A DNA stretch of 46,406 nt. It comes from Eubacteriales bacterium (GTDB taxonomy: Bacteria; Bacillota; Clostridia; Christensenellales; UBA1750). Position 1 is the stretch's first letter. Each line of letters starts with the position of its first letter. The position numbers were made by a program, and so were the translations under genes. Location of the stretch: positions 1 through 46,406 of the forward strand of contig JAVBLU010000047.1 in the NCBI GenBank assembly GCA_031553225.1. The letters run 5' to 3'. The notes under the pieces are model-generated. The model was not told where the DNA came from. It searched no databases and saw only the letters and a list, made by a program, of their open reading frames with translations. Shown here piece after piece: positions 1 to 9,141 of this stretch.

Positions 1-1416
1 GTGGTCCACTCCGAGTGCTTCGGGATGCGCGAGTGTAACTGGTGCGATGTCTCGTGGGACGAGCGCGTGTGTCCCGACCCGCGCGGCATGCTCGCGCGCG
101 CGCACGCCCGCGGGCTGCGCGTGTGCGTATGGATCAACCCCTACATCGCTCAGCGATCGCCGCTGTTTGCCGAAGGGGCGCGCATGGGTTATCTGCTCAA
201 GCGCAGGAAAGGCGACGTGTTTCAGTGGGATATATGGCAGTCCGGCATGGCGCTTGTGGACTTTAGCAATCCAGACGCGGCAGCCTGGTACCGCGGGAAG
301 CTGAAGGCGCTTCTCGATATGGGCGTTGATTGCTTTAAGACGGACTTTGGCGAGCGCATCCCCACGAACGTTTCGTACTTTGACGGTTCCGACCCGGAAG
401 CCATGCACAACTACTACGCGCATCTGTACAACCAATGCGTATTCGAGCTGCTGCAGGAGACGCGCGGGGCAGGGGAGGCCCTGGTGTTCGCGCGCAGCGC
501 CACGGCCGGAGGCCAGCGCTTTCCGGCGCACTGGGGCGGCGACTGCACGGCCACCTACGAGTCCATGGCCGAGACGCTGAGAGGCGGGCTGTCACTGGCC
601 CAGAGCGGGTTCGCCTTCTGGAGCCACGACATCTCCGGCTTTGAGACGACCGCCACCCCGGACATCTACAAGCGCTGGTGCGCGTTCGGGCTGCTGTCCA
701 CGCATTCGCGGCTGCACGGCTCCAAGACCTACCGCGTGCCATGGCTGTTCGACGAGGAAGCTTGCGACGTGCTGCGCTTCTTCGTACGCCAAAAGTGCCG
801 CCTGATGCCCTATCTATACGCACAGGCCGCCCTGGCGCACCGCTGCGGGCTGCCTGTGCTGCGGCCCATGATGATGGATTTCCCGGAGGATCCGCTGTGC
901 GACGGCCTGGACCTGCAGTACATGCTGGGTCCCTCCCTGCTTGTTGCGCCGGTGATGAACGACCAGAGCATAGGCGCGTGCTATCTGCCCGCGGGCGCGT
1001 GGACGCACCTGCTCAGCGGCGAGCAGGTGGCCGGCGGCCGCTACCTGTCGGCGCGCTACGATTATTTTTCGCTCCCGCTGTTCGTGCGGGAGAACACGCT
1101 TCTGCCGCTGGGCGCAAACGAGGAGCGCCCGGATTACGACTATGCGCAGGGACTTGAGCTGCGCCTCTTTGCCCTGCAAGACGGCTGCACGGCCGCCTGC
1201 GAGGTGCCAAACCTGCGCGGCGACACCGTTATGCGCATCCAGGCAAAGCGCGCGGGCCGCGTCGTTGAGATCGCATGCGATGGGGCGGAGGCGCTGCCGC
1301 CGCTCACCCTGGTCAACGTGGACGTTTTGCATGGCGTAAGCGGCGCCCGGGCGGAGAAAACGCCGCTCGGTCTGCGGCTCTTGGCCGAAGGGTGCAGCCT
1401 GCGCGCGGAGCTGTAG
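1..1416 (+). CDS. Glycoside hydrolase family 31 (alpha-glucosidase/alpha-xylosidase type). The 5' end is cut by the window edge.
   Basis: The ORF runs off the left edge. It carries the GH31 catalytic-region motifs (WGGDCTATYESM, FWSHDISGF) followed by a C-terminal beta-sandwich region. The stop is at 1414-1416. Confidence 0.8.
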   Translation: MVHSECFGMRECNWCDVSWDERVCPDPRGMLARAHARGLRVCVWINPYIAQRSPLFAEGARMGYLLKRRKGDVFQWDIWQSGMALVDFSNPDAAAWYRGKLKALLDMGVDCFKTDFGERIPTNVSYFDGSDPEAMHNYYAHLYNQCVFELLQETRGAGEALVFARSATAGGQRFPAHWGGDCTATYESMAETLRGGLSLAQSGFAFWSHDISGFETTATPDIYKRWCAFGLLSTHSRLHGSKTYRVPWLFDEEACDVLRFFVRQKCRLMPYLYAQAALAHRCGLPVLRPMMMDFPEDPLCDGLDLQYMLGPSLLVAPVMNDQSIGACYLPAGAWTHLLSGEQVAGGRYLSARYDYFSLPLFVRENTLLPLGANEERPDYDYAQGLELRLFALQDGCTAACEVPNLRGDTVMRIQAKRAGRVVEIACDGAEALPPLTLVNVDVLHGVSGARAEKTPLGLRLLAEGCSLRAEL

Positions 1417-1418
1417 CC

Positions 1419-2036
1419 ATGGGCGGAACCAGGTTCGACAAGGCAGCCCCGGGCTGGGACACCGAGCGCCGCGCGGCGCGCGCACACGCCGTCGCGCTTC
1501 AGATGCGCGCCGCGATACCTCCGGGCGGGTCGGGCATGGAATACGGCTGCGGCACGGGCCTGGTCGGATTGTCGCTGAGCGACCACTTTTCCAGCCTTCT
1601 GCTGATGGACGCCTCGCCCGGCATGATTGAGGCGGCGCGCGGCAAGCTTGGCCAGCCGCAATATGCGCACGTGCGCGCCTGTGTGGGCGACCTGATGGCC
1701 GGGTACCGGCCGGCCGAGTGTTACGATGCGATCATTCACGCCATGGTGCTCCACCATATTCGCGATACCGCGGGCGCGTTGGCCGCCCTGCATGCGCTGC
1801 TCTCGCCCGGCGGGACGCTCTGCTTTGCCGACATCGACGAGGAGGACGGCAGCTTCCATGCCGACGACCCGGCCTTCGACGGACACAACGGCTTTCGTCA
1901 ACCTGCCCTGCGGGCGCTGATGCGGGAGCAGATGTTTGTGAACGTGCGCTCGCACACCTTTTACCGCGATATACGCATGGCGGCCGGACGCGAGGCGCCC
2001 TACAGCCTGTTTCTGATGACCGGCAGCAAGGCGTAG
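1419..2036 (+). CDS. Class I SAM-dependent methyltransferase
   Basis: The ATG at 1419 lies 2 nt after the GH31 stop, which indicates translational coupling. Motif I EYGCGTGL is present, plus a post-I acidic residue (LMDASPGM). The long ORF from 1275 is an upstream extension of the same frame. Confidence 0.75.
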   Translation: MGGTRFDKAAPGWDTERRAARAHAVALQMRAAIPPGGSGMEYGCGTGLVGLSLSDHFSSLLLMDASPGMIEAARGKLGQPQYAHVRACVGDLMAGYRPAECYDAIIHAMVLHHIRDTAGALAALHALLSPGGTLCFADIDEEDGSFHADDPAFDGHNGFRQPALRALMREQMFVNVRSHTFYRDIRMAAGREAPYSLFLMTGSKA

Positions 2037-2074
2037 CATAGCGCGGGGTGCCCAACCAACTCGTCACCGAAAAA

Positions 2075-2112
2075 GCGTTCGGACGGCAGCTCGCCGTCCG
2101 AACGCTTCTGCG
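2075..2112. terminator. Bidirectional rho-independent terminator between the convergent methyltransferase and murC
   Basis: A perfect 13-bp stem (gcgttcggacggc / gccgtccgaacgc) closes a 5-nt loop. It is flanked by aaaaa on the left and ttctg on the right. Confidence 0.6.
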
Positions 2113-2123
2113 CGCGGGCGCGG

Positions 2124-3503
2124 TTATTCGGCGAGCATCTCGTTCAGGCGGTCGATGTCCCCGCACCCAAGCGTGAGCACCACGTCGCCGTCAGACCAGT
2201 GGCTGGTCAGGTATTTGCGCGCGTCCTCGAAGGTAGCGCAGTAGGTGGTGCGGATTCCGCGGCCTGCAAAGTCCGCCACGAGCTGCGTGGCGTGGATGTC
2301 CCCCGGGTCCTTCTCGTTGCGGGCGAAGATGTCGGTGATGATCACCTCATCGGCGGGGAGGAATGCGGGCGCAAAATCGTAAAACAGCGCTTTTGTGCGC
2401 GAATAGGTATGCGGCTGCAGCACGCACCAGAACTTGTGGTGCGGTATGCGCTTGGCCAAAGGCACCACCGTGCTGAATTCGTTGGGGTTGTGCCCGTAGT
2501 CGTGGTACAGCTTCACGCCGCTGACAACGCCCGTCAGCTCAAAGCGGCGATGCACGCCGGAAAACAGCGCCAGCGCCTCGCGCACCTCCTCAAGGGGCAG
2601 ACCGCAGGCGATGGCCACCGAGATGACGGCCAGAGCATTGCGCGCGTTGTGTTCGCCCGGTACGCGCATCTTGATGGGGAACAGGTCGCGCCCGTGGTGC
2701 TGTACGGTCATGGAGGCATAGCCCAGATCGTCCAGCTCAAGGCCTTGGCATGTCACGTCGTTGTGGGGAAGGAAGCCGTACGTGATGCTCTGGCAGGCGG
2801 CGTTCTTCAGCACGCGCAGCACGCGCGGGTCGTCGCCGTCGCCGATGCCATACCCGCCCGGGCGCACGCGCGCCACAAAAGCAGCGAAGGCCGCCTCGAT
2901 ATTGTCGATGGTTTTGTAGTAGTCCAGGTGGTCGCCGTCGATGTTGAGCACGATGGCGATCCAGGGCGTCAGCTTAAGAAAAGAGCCGGCGAACTCACAG
3001 GCCTCGGTGATGAAGTGCTCGCCCTTCCCGGGCCGGACGCTTCCGCCCAGCAGGGGCAGCACGCCGCCGATGTGCACGGTTGGATCGGCGTTCGCGCCCA
3101 GGAAGGCCTGAGCAAGCATGGCCGTCACCGTGGACTTGCCATGCGTTCCGGCGACGGCGATGGTCTTTTCGTACTCGTCGGTCAGCTGGCCGAGCAGGTC
3201 GGCGCGCTCCATCTCGGGTATGCCCAGGGCGCGGCCGCGCACGCGCTCCACATTGTCTTCGGGGATGGCGGCCGTGTATACGATCAGATCGGCTCCATCT
3301 ACGCTGTGGGCCTGGTGGCCGACGGTGACAGGGATGCCCTCCCGGCTCAGCTCGTCGGTCTTGTGCGAACGCGCGCGGTCGGAGCCGCGCACAGTAAAGC
3401 CGCGGTGAACCAAAAGCTTGGCCAGGCCGCTCATGGAGGAACCGCCGATGCCGATCATGTGCACGGCCATGTTCTGGTAATCCCGAATATGAGGCGAAGA
3501 CAT
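2124..3503 (-). CDS. murC: UDP-N-acetylmuramate--L-alanine ligase
   Basis: The N-terminus HMIGIGGSSMSGLA is the MurC nucleotide-binding start. GTHGKST is a P-loop, and the Mur ligase middle and C-terminal domains are recognisable. The true start may be the internal Met (MAVHMIGIGG). Confidence 0.9.
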   Translation of the reverse strand: MSSPHIRDYQNMAVHMIGIGGSSMSGLAKLLVHRGFTVRGSDRARSHKTDELSREGIPVTVGHQAHSVDGADLIVYTAAIPEDNVERVRGRALGIPEMERADLLGQLTDEYEKTIAVAGTHGKSTVTAMLAQAFLGANADPTVHIGGVLPLLGGSVRPGKGEHFITEACEFAGSFLKLTPWIAIVLNIDGDHLDYYKTIDNIEAAFAAFVARVRPGGYGIGDGDDPRVLRVLKNAACQSITYGFLPHNDVTCQGLELDDLGYASMTVQHHGRDLFPIKMRVPGEHNARNALAVISVAIACGLPLEEVREALALFSGVHRRFELTGVVSGVKLYHDYGHNPNEFSTVVPLAKRIPHHKFWCVLQPHTYSRTKALFYDFAPAFLPADEVIITDIFARNEKDPGDIHATQLVADFAGRGIRTTYCATFEDARKYLTSHWSDGDVVLTLGCGDIDRLNEMLAE

Positions 3504-3573
3504 ACGCTCACCCTTTCCATTTCCATATTATACGACGGATGGCTTATCCCAAGCAATTCCCCGGAAAAAAAAG

Positions 3574-3603
3574 ATAGCGAACATTCAAATCGTTTGCTAT
3601 AAT
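3574..3603 (+). promoter_or_regulatory. purR promoter with an overlapping PurBox-like palindromic operator
   Basis: There is an extended -10 TGcTATAAT at 3595-3603. An inverted repeat, ATAGCGAAC (3574-3582) and GTTTGCTAT (3592-3600), contains a CGAACATT core that resembles Bacillus PurBoxes. It lies 28 nt upstream of the purR ATG. Confidence 0.5.
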
Positions 3604-3630
3604 AGTGTTCGTGATAGGGGAGAGGTATGA

Positions 3631-4476
3631 ATGGAACGAATCAAGCGCAACGAGCGCGTGGCGGCCATGGCGCGCATTCTGTCCGCCGCGCCGAGCCGCA
3701 TCTACACACTCGGAACATTTTGCCAAATGTTCGACGCCGCCAAATCCACCATCTCCGAGGATGTGGAGCTGCTCCGCCAGGTCTTCCGGCAGTTCGACCT
3801 GGGCGACATCGACTCCGTGGCCGGGGCCGCAGGCGGAGTAAAGTTTGTTCCGCGCACGCACATGGACAAGGCGCTGGCCTTCGTGCAGGAGGTGTGCAAC
3901 CAGCTCTCCGATCCTTCACGCATTCTGCCCGGCGGCATGTTCTACATGCAGGACCTATTGAGTATGCCCGATACCGTGGAGCGCCTAGGAACTCTTCTGG
4001 CGTTGCCCTTCGTGCGCAACGAGCCGGACTTTGTGCTCACCGTGGAAACCAAGGGGATTACCGTGGCCATGATGGCCGCGCGGGCACTGCGCGTGCCCCT
4101 GGTCATCGCCCGGCGCGACTTTAAGGCCTTTGAAGGGCCAATTGTCACGATCAACTACCTGTCCGGCTCCACCGGCCGCATGCAAACCATGTCCCTGGCG
4201 CGCCGTGCTGTGAAAGAGGGACAAAAGGCCCTGATCGTGGACGACTTTATGAAGGCGGGCGGAACGCTGCGCGGCATGACCGACATCATGCGCGAGTTTT
4301 GCATCACCGTGGTGGGTACGGCCGTGCTTATCAGTACGAAAACGCCCGAGAAGAAGCGCGTGGAGAACGTGCGCTCCTTAATCGTGCTGGGCGATTTGGA
4401 CGAGGACCGCGGAAGCGTGGACGTATCGCCCGCGCCATGGCTTGTGTCCGCCGCGCAGAACGCCCAAAGGGAATAA
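3631..4476 (+). CDS. purR: Pur operon repressor: N-terminal winged helix plus a PRTase domain
   Basis: The 281-aa length and architecture match Firmicutes PurR. The PRPP-binding motif ALIVDDFMKAGGT is present. The RBS GGGGAGAGG sits 6 nt upstream of the ATG. Confidence 0.85.
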   Translation: MERIKRNERVAAMARILSAAPSRIYTLGTFCQMFDAAKSTISEDVELLRQVFRQFDLGDIDSVAGAAGGVKFVPRTHMDKALAFVQEVCNQLSDPSRILPGGMFYMQDLLSMPDTVERLGTLLALPFVRNEPDFVLTVETKGITVAMMAARALRVPLVIARRDFKAFEGPIVTINYLSGSTGRMQTMSLARRAVKEGQKALIVDDFMKAGGTLRGMTDIMREFCITVVGTAVLISTKTPEKKRVENVRSLIVLGDLDEDRGSVDVSPAPWLVSAAQNAQRE

Positions 4477-4515
4477 TCGCCCCCCCGGCATGTTGCGCGC
4501 CCTTTACGCATAGCC

Positions 4516-5865
4516 ATGCCTTGGGTGATTGAAGGCATGGCCTTTTTTTCCGATGCGCTCGCGGCCGCGAACGGCCTGCTGTGGGGCCCTGGCATGTTGG
4601 TCGTGCTCGCGGGCACGGGGCTATATTTGACGCTGCGGCTGCGGTTCTTGCAGGTGCGCCGTTTTCCCGCGGCCGTGCGCCGCCTTCTTCGCAAGGATGC
4701 GCACTGCCAGGGCGAGGCTGGCATCACGCCCTTTCAGGCGCTAACCACGGCGCTTTCCGGAACACTGGGCACCGGATCGGTGGCAGGCGTGGCCACGGCC
4801 GTCACCCTGGGTGGGCCGGGCGCGCTCGTGTGGATGGCAGTCTCGGCGCTTCTGGGCATGGCAACCAAGTACGCCGAGATCACCCTGGCCGTGCACTTCC
4901 GCAGGAAAGACGCCGACGGGCGCTACCTTGGCGGGGCCATGGTGACGCTGGAGCGCGGGCTGCATATGCCCCGCATGGGCAAGGCGTATGCGCTGCTCGG
5001 GCTGCTCGCATCCTTCGGGGTAGGCAACATCGCCCAGGCGAACACCCTAGCCTCGGTGGTGCACAGCGCTACAGGCGCGCCCAGCCTGCTTGTTGGCATG
5101 TGCGCGGCGGCGCTGGCGGGGGCGGTCATCATGGGCGGCGTATCGCGCATCGCGCGCGTAACGGCGCGCGTGGTGCCGGTAATGGCTGGGCTGTACCTGC
5201 TCGCCTGCGCGTGCGCGCTGTTTCTGCTGCGCGACAGGCTTCCCGGGGCGATCGGCCAAATCCTGCAGGCAAGCGTGGGGCTACCCGCCGCCGCAGGCGG
5301 CGCGGCGGGCGCTGGCGTGCGCGCCGCCATGCGCTTCGGCGTGTCGCGCGGCGTGTTCTCCAACGAGGCGGGCATGGGCTCGGCTGCCATGGCGCACGCC
5401 TCGGCGCAGGCGCGGCATCCGGCGGACCAAGGCCTTTGGGGCTTGCTCGAGGTGGCCATCGACACGCTGCTCGTGTGCATGCTCTCCGGCCTCATCGTGG
5501 TAGCCGCCGCGCCGGCAGGGAATGCTACGGGCGCAGCGCTGTGCGCGCTGGCCTTCCGTGAAGCGCTCGGCCCGGCCGGCGCCCTCGTGGTGAGCGGCGC
5601 GCTGACCACCTTCGCTTTTGCCACGTTCCTTGGCTGGTCGCACTACGGCGCACAGTGTCTTTCGTATCTGGGCGGCCGCAGGCTGCTGCCTGCCTACCGC
5701 CTTTTGTTCGTGCTGCTCATCGTCGCAGGCGCGTCCATGAGCCTGGAGCTCGCCTGGGCGGTGTCCGACGCCTTCAACGCCCTGATGATTCTGCCCAACG
5801 TCGTGTCGCTCGTGCTGCTCAGCCCGCTGCTCGTGCGCCTGACGGCGCAAAGGGGGATAGCCTGA
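4516..5865 (+). CDS. Alanine/glycine:cation symporter (AGCS family)
   Basis: The protein is polytopic and glycine-rich. The N-terminal LLWGPGMLVVLAGTGLYLTLRLRFLQ and the TALSGTLGTGSVAGVATA motif are typical of sodium:alanine symporters. Confidence 0.85.
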   Translation: MPWVIEGMAFFSDALAAANGLLWGPGMLVVLAGTGLYLTLRLRFLQVRRFPAAVRRLLRKDAHCQGEAGITPFQALTTALSGTLGTGSVAGVATAVTLGGPGALVWMAVSALLGMATKYAEITLAVHFRRKDADGRYLGGAMVTLERGLHMPRMGKAYALLGLLASFGVGNIAQANTLASVVHSATGAPSLLVGMCAAALAGAVIMGGVSRIARVTARVVPVMAGLYLLACACALFLLRDRLPGAIGQILQASVGLPAAAGGAAGAGVRAAMRFGVSRGVFSNEAGMGSAAMAHASAQARHPADQGLWGLLEVAIDTLLVCMLSGLIVVAAAPAGNATGAALCALAFREALGPAGALVVSGALTTFAFATFLGWSHYGAQCLSYLGGRRLLPAYRLLFVLLIVAGASMSLELAWAVSDAFNALMILPNVVSLVLLSPLLVRLTAQRGIA

Positions 5866-6014
5866 CGACGATCAGCCGGCCCGGTCCCCTGCCGAAACAG
5901 GTGGCCGATGAGCCGGCAGAAATGCGGACCGCAGACGAAGCCCGCGCATTGGGCTGTCTGCGGTCCGCTTGCATCGCGCTGGCGTACCCGTTGCCGCGCG
6001 TGGCCTTACGCGCA

Positions 6015-6794
6015 TCAGGCGCGCTGCATGCCGCCGGATTCGTAAACGACCCTTCGCACCGTGCGCCGAATGAGGTCGAGGGCATCTGGGTCAGGCGGCG
6101 CGCCCTCCGCGGCGGGAACGTAGGTGCTGCGCAGGATGTCGCCGCGCAGCATGCAGGCGTACCAGGTGGCGGCGGCCGCAAAACGGCCGTACGGAATATC
6201 CAGGTGGTGGCCGTCGCGGCAGAGCGAGCGGCCGCCGTGCGCGCAGTCAAAAAAGGGCTCGTCTCTCAGCGCCTGAATCACGTCGCCGCATGGAAGGAGC
6301 GGCAGCCCGAGGTCACGCGCGGCGGCCTCATAGGCGGCCTTCAGCCTCCTGTACATCTCCGCCTGGTCGCGCCCGTAGCGGGTGAAGGCGGCGTGCGGGC
6401 TGTCGAGCTCATACGCCCATGTCTGGTGGATGTAGAACGACGCGCCGGGAGCACGCTCCTGCGCATAGGCGTACAGATCGCTTATATAGGGATAGTAGGT
6501 GGGCAAATCTCCGCTGTCCGGGCTGGCCTGCTGCAGGGTGACAAAATCCCAGGGGCCGTCCGCAAGCGTCTGCGGCAGGCCGACGATCCGCCCGGTGGAG
6601 GCGCCGTTCACCTGCAAGTCGTACTCAGCAATCCCGGCCTGCAGGTTGTGCCAGTGCCGCTGCAGCGAGCAGCCGCCGATGAACAAATTTACCGTCTCAA
6701 CGTGCGTGCCGCCCGCGGCCGCCATCCGGTGCAGGTAAGCCATGGCGTCCTGCGCAAAGCTGTTGCCGATGGCGAGCACGCGGACCATGAACAA
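6015..6794 (-). CDS. DUF4886/SGNH-hydrolase-like protein
   Basis: The N-terminal block VRVLAIGNSF is typical of the DUF4886 SGNH-like fold. The antisense 380-aa ORF over the same span is Arg-rich nonsense. Confidence 0.6.
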   Translation of the reverse strand: MFMVRVLAIGNSFAQDAMAYLHRMAAAGGTHVETVNLFIGGCSLQRHWHNLQAGIAEYDLQVNGASTGRIVGLPQTLADGPWDFVTLQQASPDSGDLPTYYPYISDLYAYAQERAPGASFYIHQTWAYELDSPHAAFTRYGRDQAEMYRRLKAAYEAAARDLGLPLLPCGDVIQALRDEPFFDCAHGGRSLCRDGHHLDIPYGRFAAAATWYACMLRGDILRSTYVPAAEGAPPDPDALDLIRRTVRRVVYESGGMQRA

Positions 6795-6831
6795 TGACCT
6801 CCCTATACGCTGCGCCGAAACAGGCGGTCTC

Positions 6832-8160
6832 TTATGACGAACGGCATACCTTGGCCCATTCCACGCGCCTATCGGCCACTTCCTCCACCTGAATCTGCAG
6901 GCCGAACGCCTCGATAAGGGGGCTCGTGCCGTCCTCGGGAATCATATTGAGCTGCGAGTAGATCAGCCCGCCCAGCGTGTCGTATTCGTCCACGGGCAGC
7001 GCTACGCCCAGCGTTTCGCTCACCTCGTCCAGGGCGGCCGTACCGCGTATGCGGTAGGTCCCCTCGTCCAGCTTCTCGATGTCGCGCTCCTCCTGGTCAT
7101 ACTCGTCGTAAATGGAGCCGACGATCTCCTCCAGTAGGTCCTCCATCGTCACCAGGCCGCTCGTGCCGCCGTATTCGTCCACAACGATGGCCATGTGCGT
7201 CTTGCGGCGCTTCATCTCATGAAACAAAACGTCCGTGGCGACGGATTCCGGCACAAAGTACGCCGGCCGCACCAGCTCGCGCAAGGGGGTGGGCGCGTCG
7301 CCCTGGTTATACAGCCCTGCGAGCAGGTCGCGCACGTGCACAACGCCGATGATGTCGTCCAGGCTATCGCCGTACACCGGAAAGCGCGATTTGCCCGACT
7401 GCAGCACTGTGGAGCGCAGCGTGTCCACGTCCTCGTCCACCCACAGGGCCTGCATGTCCGTTCGGTGCGTCATCACGTCGGAGGCCACCATGTTGTTGAA
7501 CTCGAACACGTTTTGGATCATGCGCTTCTCTTCCTCGCCGATGTTGCCGCTCTCCTCGCCGATGTCCACCATCATGCGGATCTCTTCCTCGGTCACCTCC
7601 TCGTCCTTGTCCTCCGGGTCGATGCCCAGCAGGCGCAAGAGGCCGTTTGTGGAGGCGGTAAGCAGCCATACGATGGGCCGCACGACGCCGGCAAAAAAGC
7701 TGATGACGCCCGCGATGGACAGGGCGATGCGCTCGGCGTGCTTCATAGCGATGCGCTTGGGCACCAGCTCGCCCAGAATGAGCGTGAAGTACGACAGGAT
7801 GACGGTGATAAGGAGGATGGCGATGGTGTTGAGCGTGGCCGGGTTCACCTGCATGCCCCGGGCAATGCAGAAGGCCACCAACCGCCCGGCGAAGTTGTCC
7901 GCCGCAAAAGCGCTGCCCAGGAACCCGGCCAGCGTTATGCCAATCTGGATGGTTGCCAAAAAGGAGGCAGGCGCGTCTGTAAGGCGTTTTAGCCGCAGCG
8001 CACGCTTGTCTCCCGATTCCGCCTGATGGGCGAGTTTGTTATCGTTTACAGAGATGACCGCGATCTCGGTCATGGCAAAAAAGGCGTTAAGCAGAATGAG
8101 CGCCATCTGAAGAACAAGTTGCCCTAGTAACGGGTCGTCCGACAAAATGAGTCCTCCCAA
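6832..8160 (-). CDS. Hemolysin-family (TlyC/CorC-type) membrane protein with a CNNM transmembrane domain, a CBS pair and a CorC_HlyC domain
   Basis: An N-terminal DUF21 transmembrane region is followed by a CBS pair and then the CorC_HlyC C-terminal domain. Confidence 0.85.
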   Translation of the reverse strand: MGGLILSDDPLLGQLVLQMALILLNAFFAMTEIAVISVNDNKLAHQAESGDKRALRLKRLTDAPASFLATIQIGITLAGFLGSAFAADNFAGRLVAFCIARGMQVNPATLNTIAILLITVILSYFTLILGELVPKRIAMKHAERIALSIAGVISFFAGVVRPIVWLLTASTNGLLRLLGIDPEDKDEEVTEEEIRMMVDIGEESGNIGEEEKRMIQNVFEFNNMVASDVMTHRTDMQALWVDEDVDTLRSTVLQSGKSRFPVYGDSLDDIIGVVHVRDLLAGLYNQGDAPTPLRELVRPAYFVPESVATDVLFHEMKRRKTHMAIVVDEYGGTSGLVTMEDLLEEIVGSIYDEYDQEERDIEKLDEGTYRIRGTAALDEVSETLGVALPVDEYDTLGGLIYSQLNMIPEDGTSPLIEAFGLQIQVEEVADRRVEWAKVCRSS

Positions 8161-8292
8161 TGTGTGTTTTACTTCATCATTATATCACAAACAAGCAAAA
8201 AATACAGCCTTTCCTGGGCATGTCAGGCAAATAACTTCGCGTGCGGTCGGGATCTTTTTTCGCCGGTCGTGGAAGGGACGCTTCTTTCTTGC

Positions 8293-8321
8293 TTGCCTTT
8301 AACGGGAAAAATGGGTACAAT
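8293..8321 (+). promoter_or_regulatory. Sigma-A type promoter of the frr-uppS-cdsA-dxr-rseP-ispG-polC operon
   Basis: The -35 is TTGCCT (8293-8298) and the -10 is TACAAT (8316-8321), separated by a 17-nt spacer. It lies about 35 nt upstream of the frr RBS AGGAGGTG. Confidence 0.6.
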
Positions 8322-8353
8322 GACGAGTAATGAATCATGAGGAGGTGTCCGTC

Positions 8354-8911
8354 ATGTACCAGGAGATCATCAGCGGCGCTAAGGAAAAAATGACCAAGAC
8401 GGCGGCCCTTTTGCGGCAGGAACTACAGTCGCTGCGCGCAGGCCGCGCCAATCCGCAGATACTTGACCGCGTGCTTGTGGACTACTACGGCACGCCCACG
8501 CCCATCCAGCAGCTGGGCAACGTGTCCTCGCCCGAACCGCGTTTGCTCGTCATCTCGCTGTGGGATCCCAAAATGCTCGGCGCGGTGGAAAAGGCCATCT
8601 TCAAATCGGACGTGGGGATCACGCCCTCCAACGACGGCAAGGTCATCCGCCTGATGGTGCCCGAACTGACGGAGGAGCGCCGCAAGGAGCTCACCAAGCT
8701 CGTGTACAAGATGTGCGAAGAGTCCAAGGTAGCCGTACGGTCCGTACGCCGCGACGCCATGGAGCACATCAAAAAGCAGGAGAAGGCTTCCGAAATCACC
8801 GAAGACGACCGCAAGCGCGCCGACGAGGAGCTGCAGAAAGTCACGGACGCCGCCATCAAGGAGCTGGACAAGATCGCCGCGGAAAAAGAAAAGGAAATGA
8901 TGACCGTTTGA
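8354..8911 (+). CDS. frr: Ribosome recycling factor
   Basis: This 185-aa ORF matches Frr throughout. The ATG at 8354 is preceded by AGGAGGTG. Confidence 0.95.
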   Translation: MYQEIISGAKEKMTKTAALLRQELQSLRAGRANPQILDRVLVDYYGTPTPIQQLGNVSSPEPRLLVISLWDPKMLGAVEKAIFKSDVGITPSNDGKVIRLMVPELTEERRKELTKLVYKMCEESKVAVRSVRRDAMEHIKKQEKASEITEDDRKRADEELQKVTDAAIKELDKIAAEKEKEMMTV

Positions 8912-9141
8912 TGAAGGAGCCGCCGGACGTGCTCGGCCTGCCGCTTGCCCTCGCCCAGGAGCGGCTGACGCAGGCGGGCTTCGCCGTTCAATGCGCTCTC
9001 ACCAAACAGCCACGCGCAGACGCCCAGGCAGGCGAGGCGCGCGTGGTGCGCGTTACCTTTTGCGCCGCGCAGGCGATCCTCACGTTTTGCCTCTTCCCGC
9101 CGCACACAAAGCAAGGAAGCGAGGATGCGCCCCGTGCCTGA
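8911..9141 (+). CDS. Small hypothetical protein (76 aa) with a PASTA-like N-terminal segment
   Basis: Its ATG overlaps the frr stop (ATGA). It fills the frr-uppS gap exactly and ends 4 nt before a candidate uppS start. There is no recognisable family, so it could be a translated leader or an artefact. Confidence 0.3.
   Translation: MKEPPDVLGLPLALAQERLTQAGFAVQCALTKQPRADAQAGEARVVRVTFCAAQAILTFCLFPPHTKQGSEDAPRA

Noticed and set aside
2199-3602. 467-aa plus-strand ORF antisense to murC
   Set aside because: It is a low-complexity Gly/Ala/Arg-rich translation with no family resemblance. The minus strand encodes an unmistakable MurC, and high GC suppresses stops in the antisense frame.
5655-6797. 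380-aa plus-strand ORF overlapping the DUF4886 gene
   Set aside because: It is Arg/Ala-rich with no motifs. The opposite strand carries the conserved VLAIGNSF SGNH-like start.
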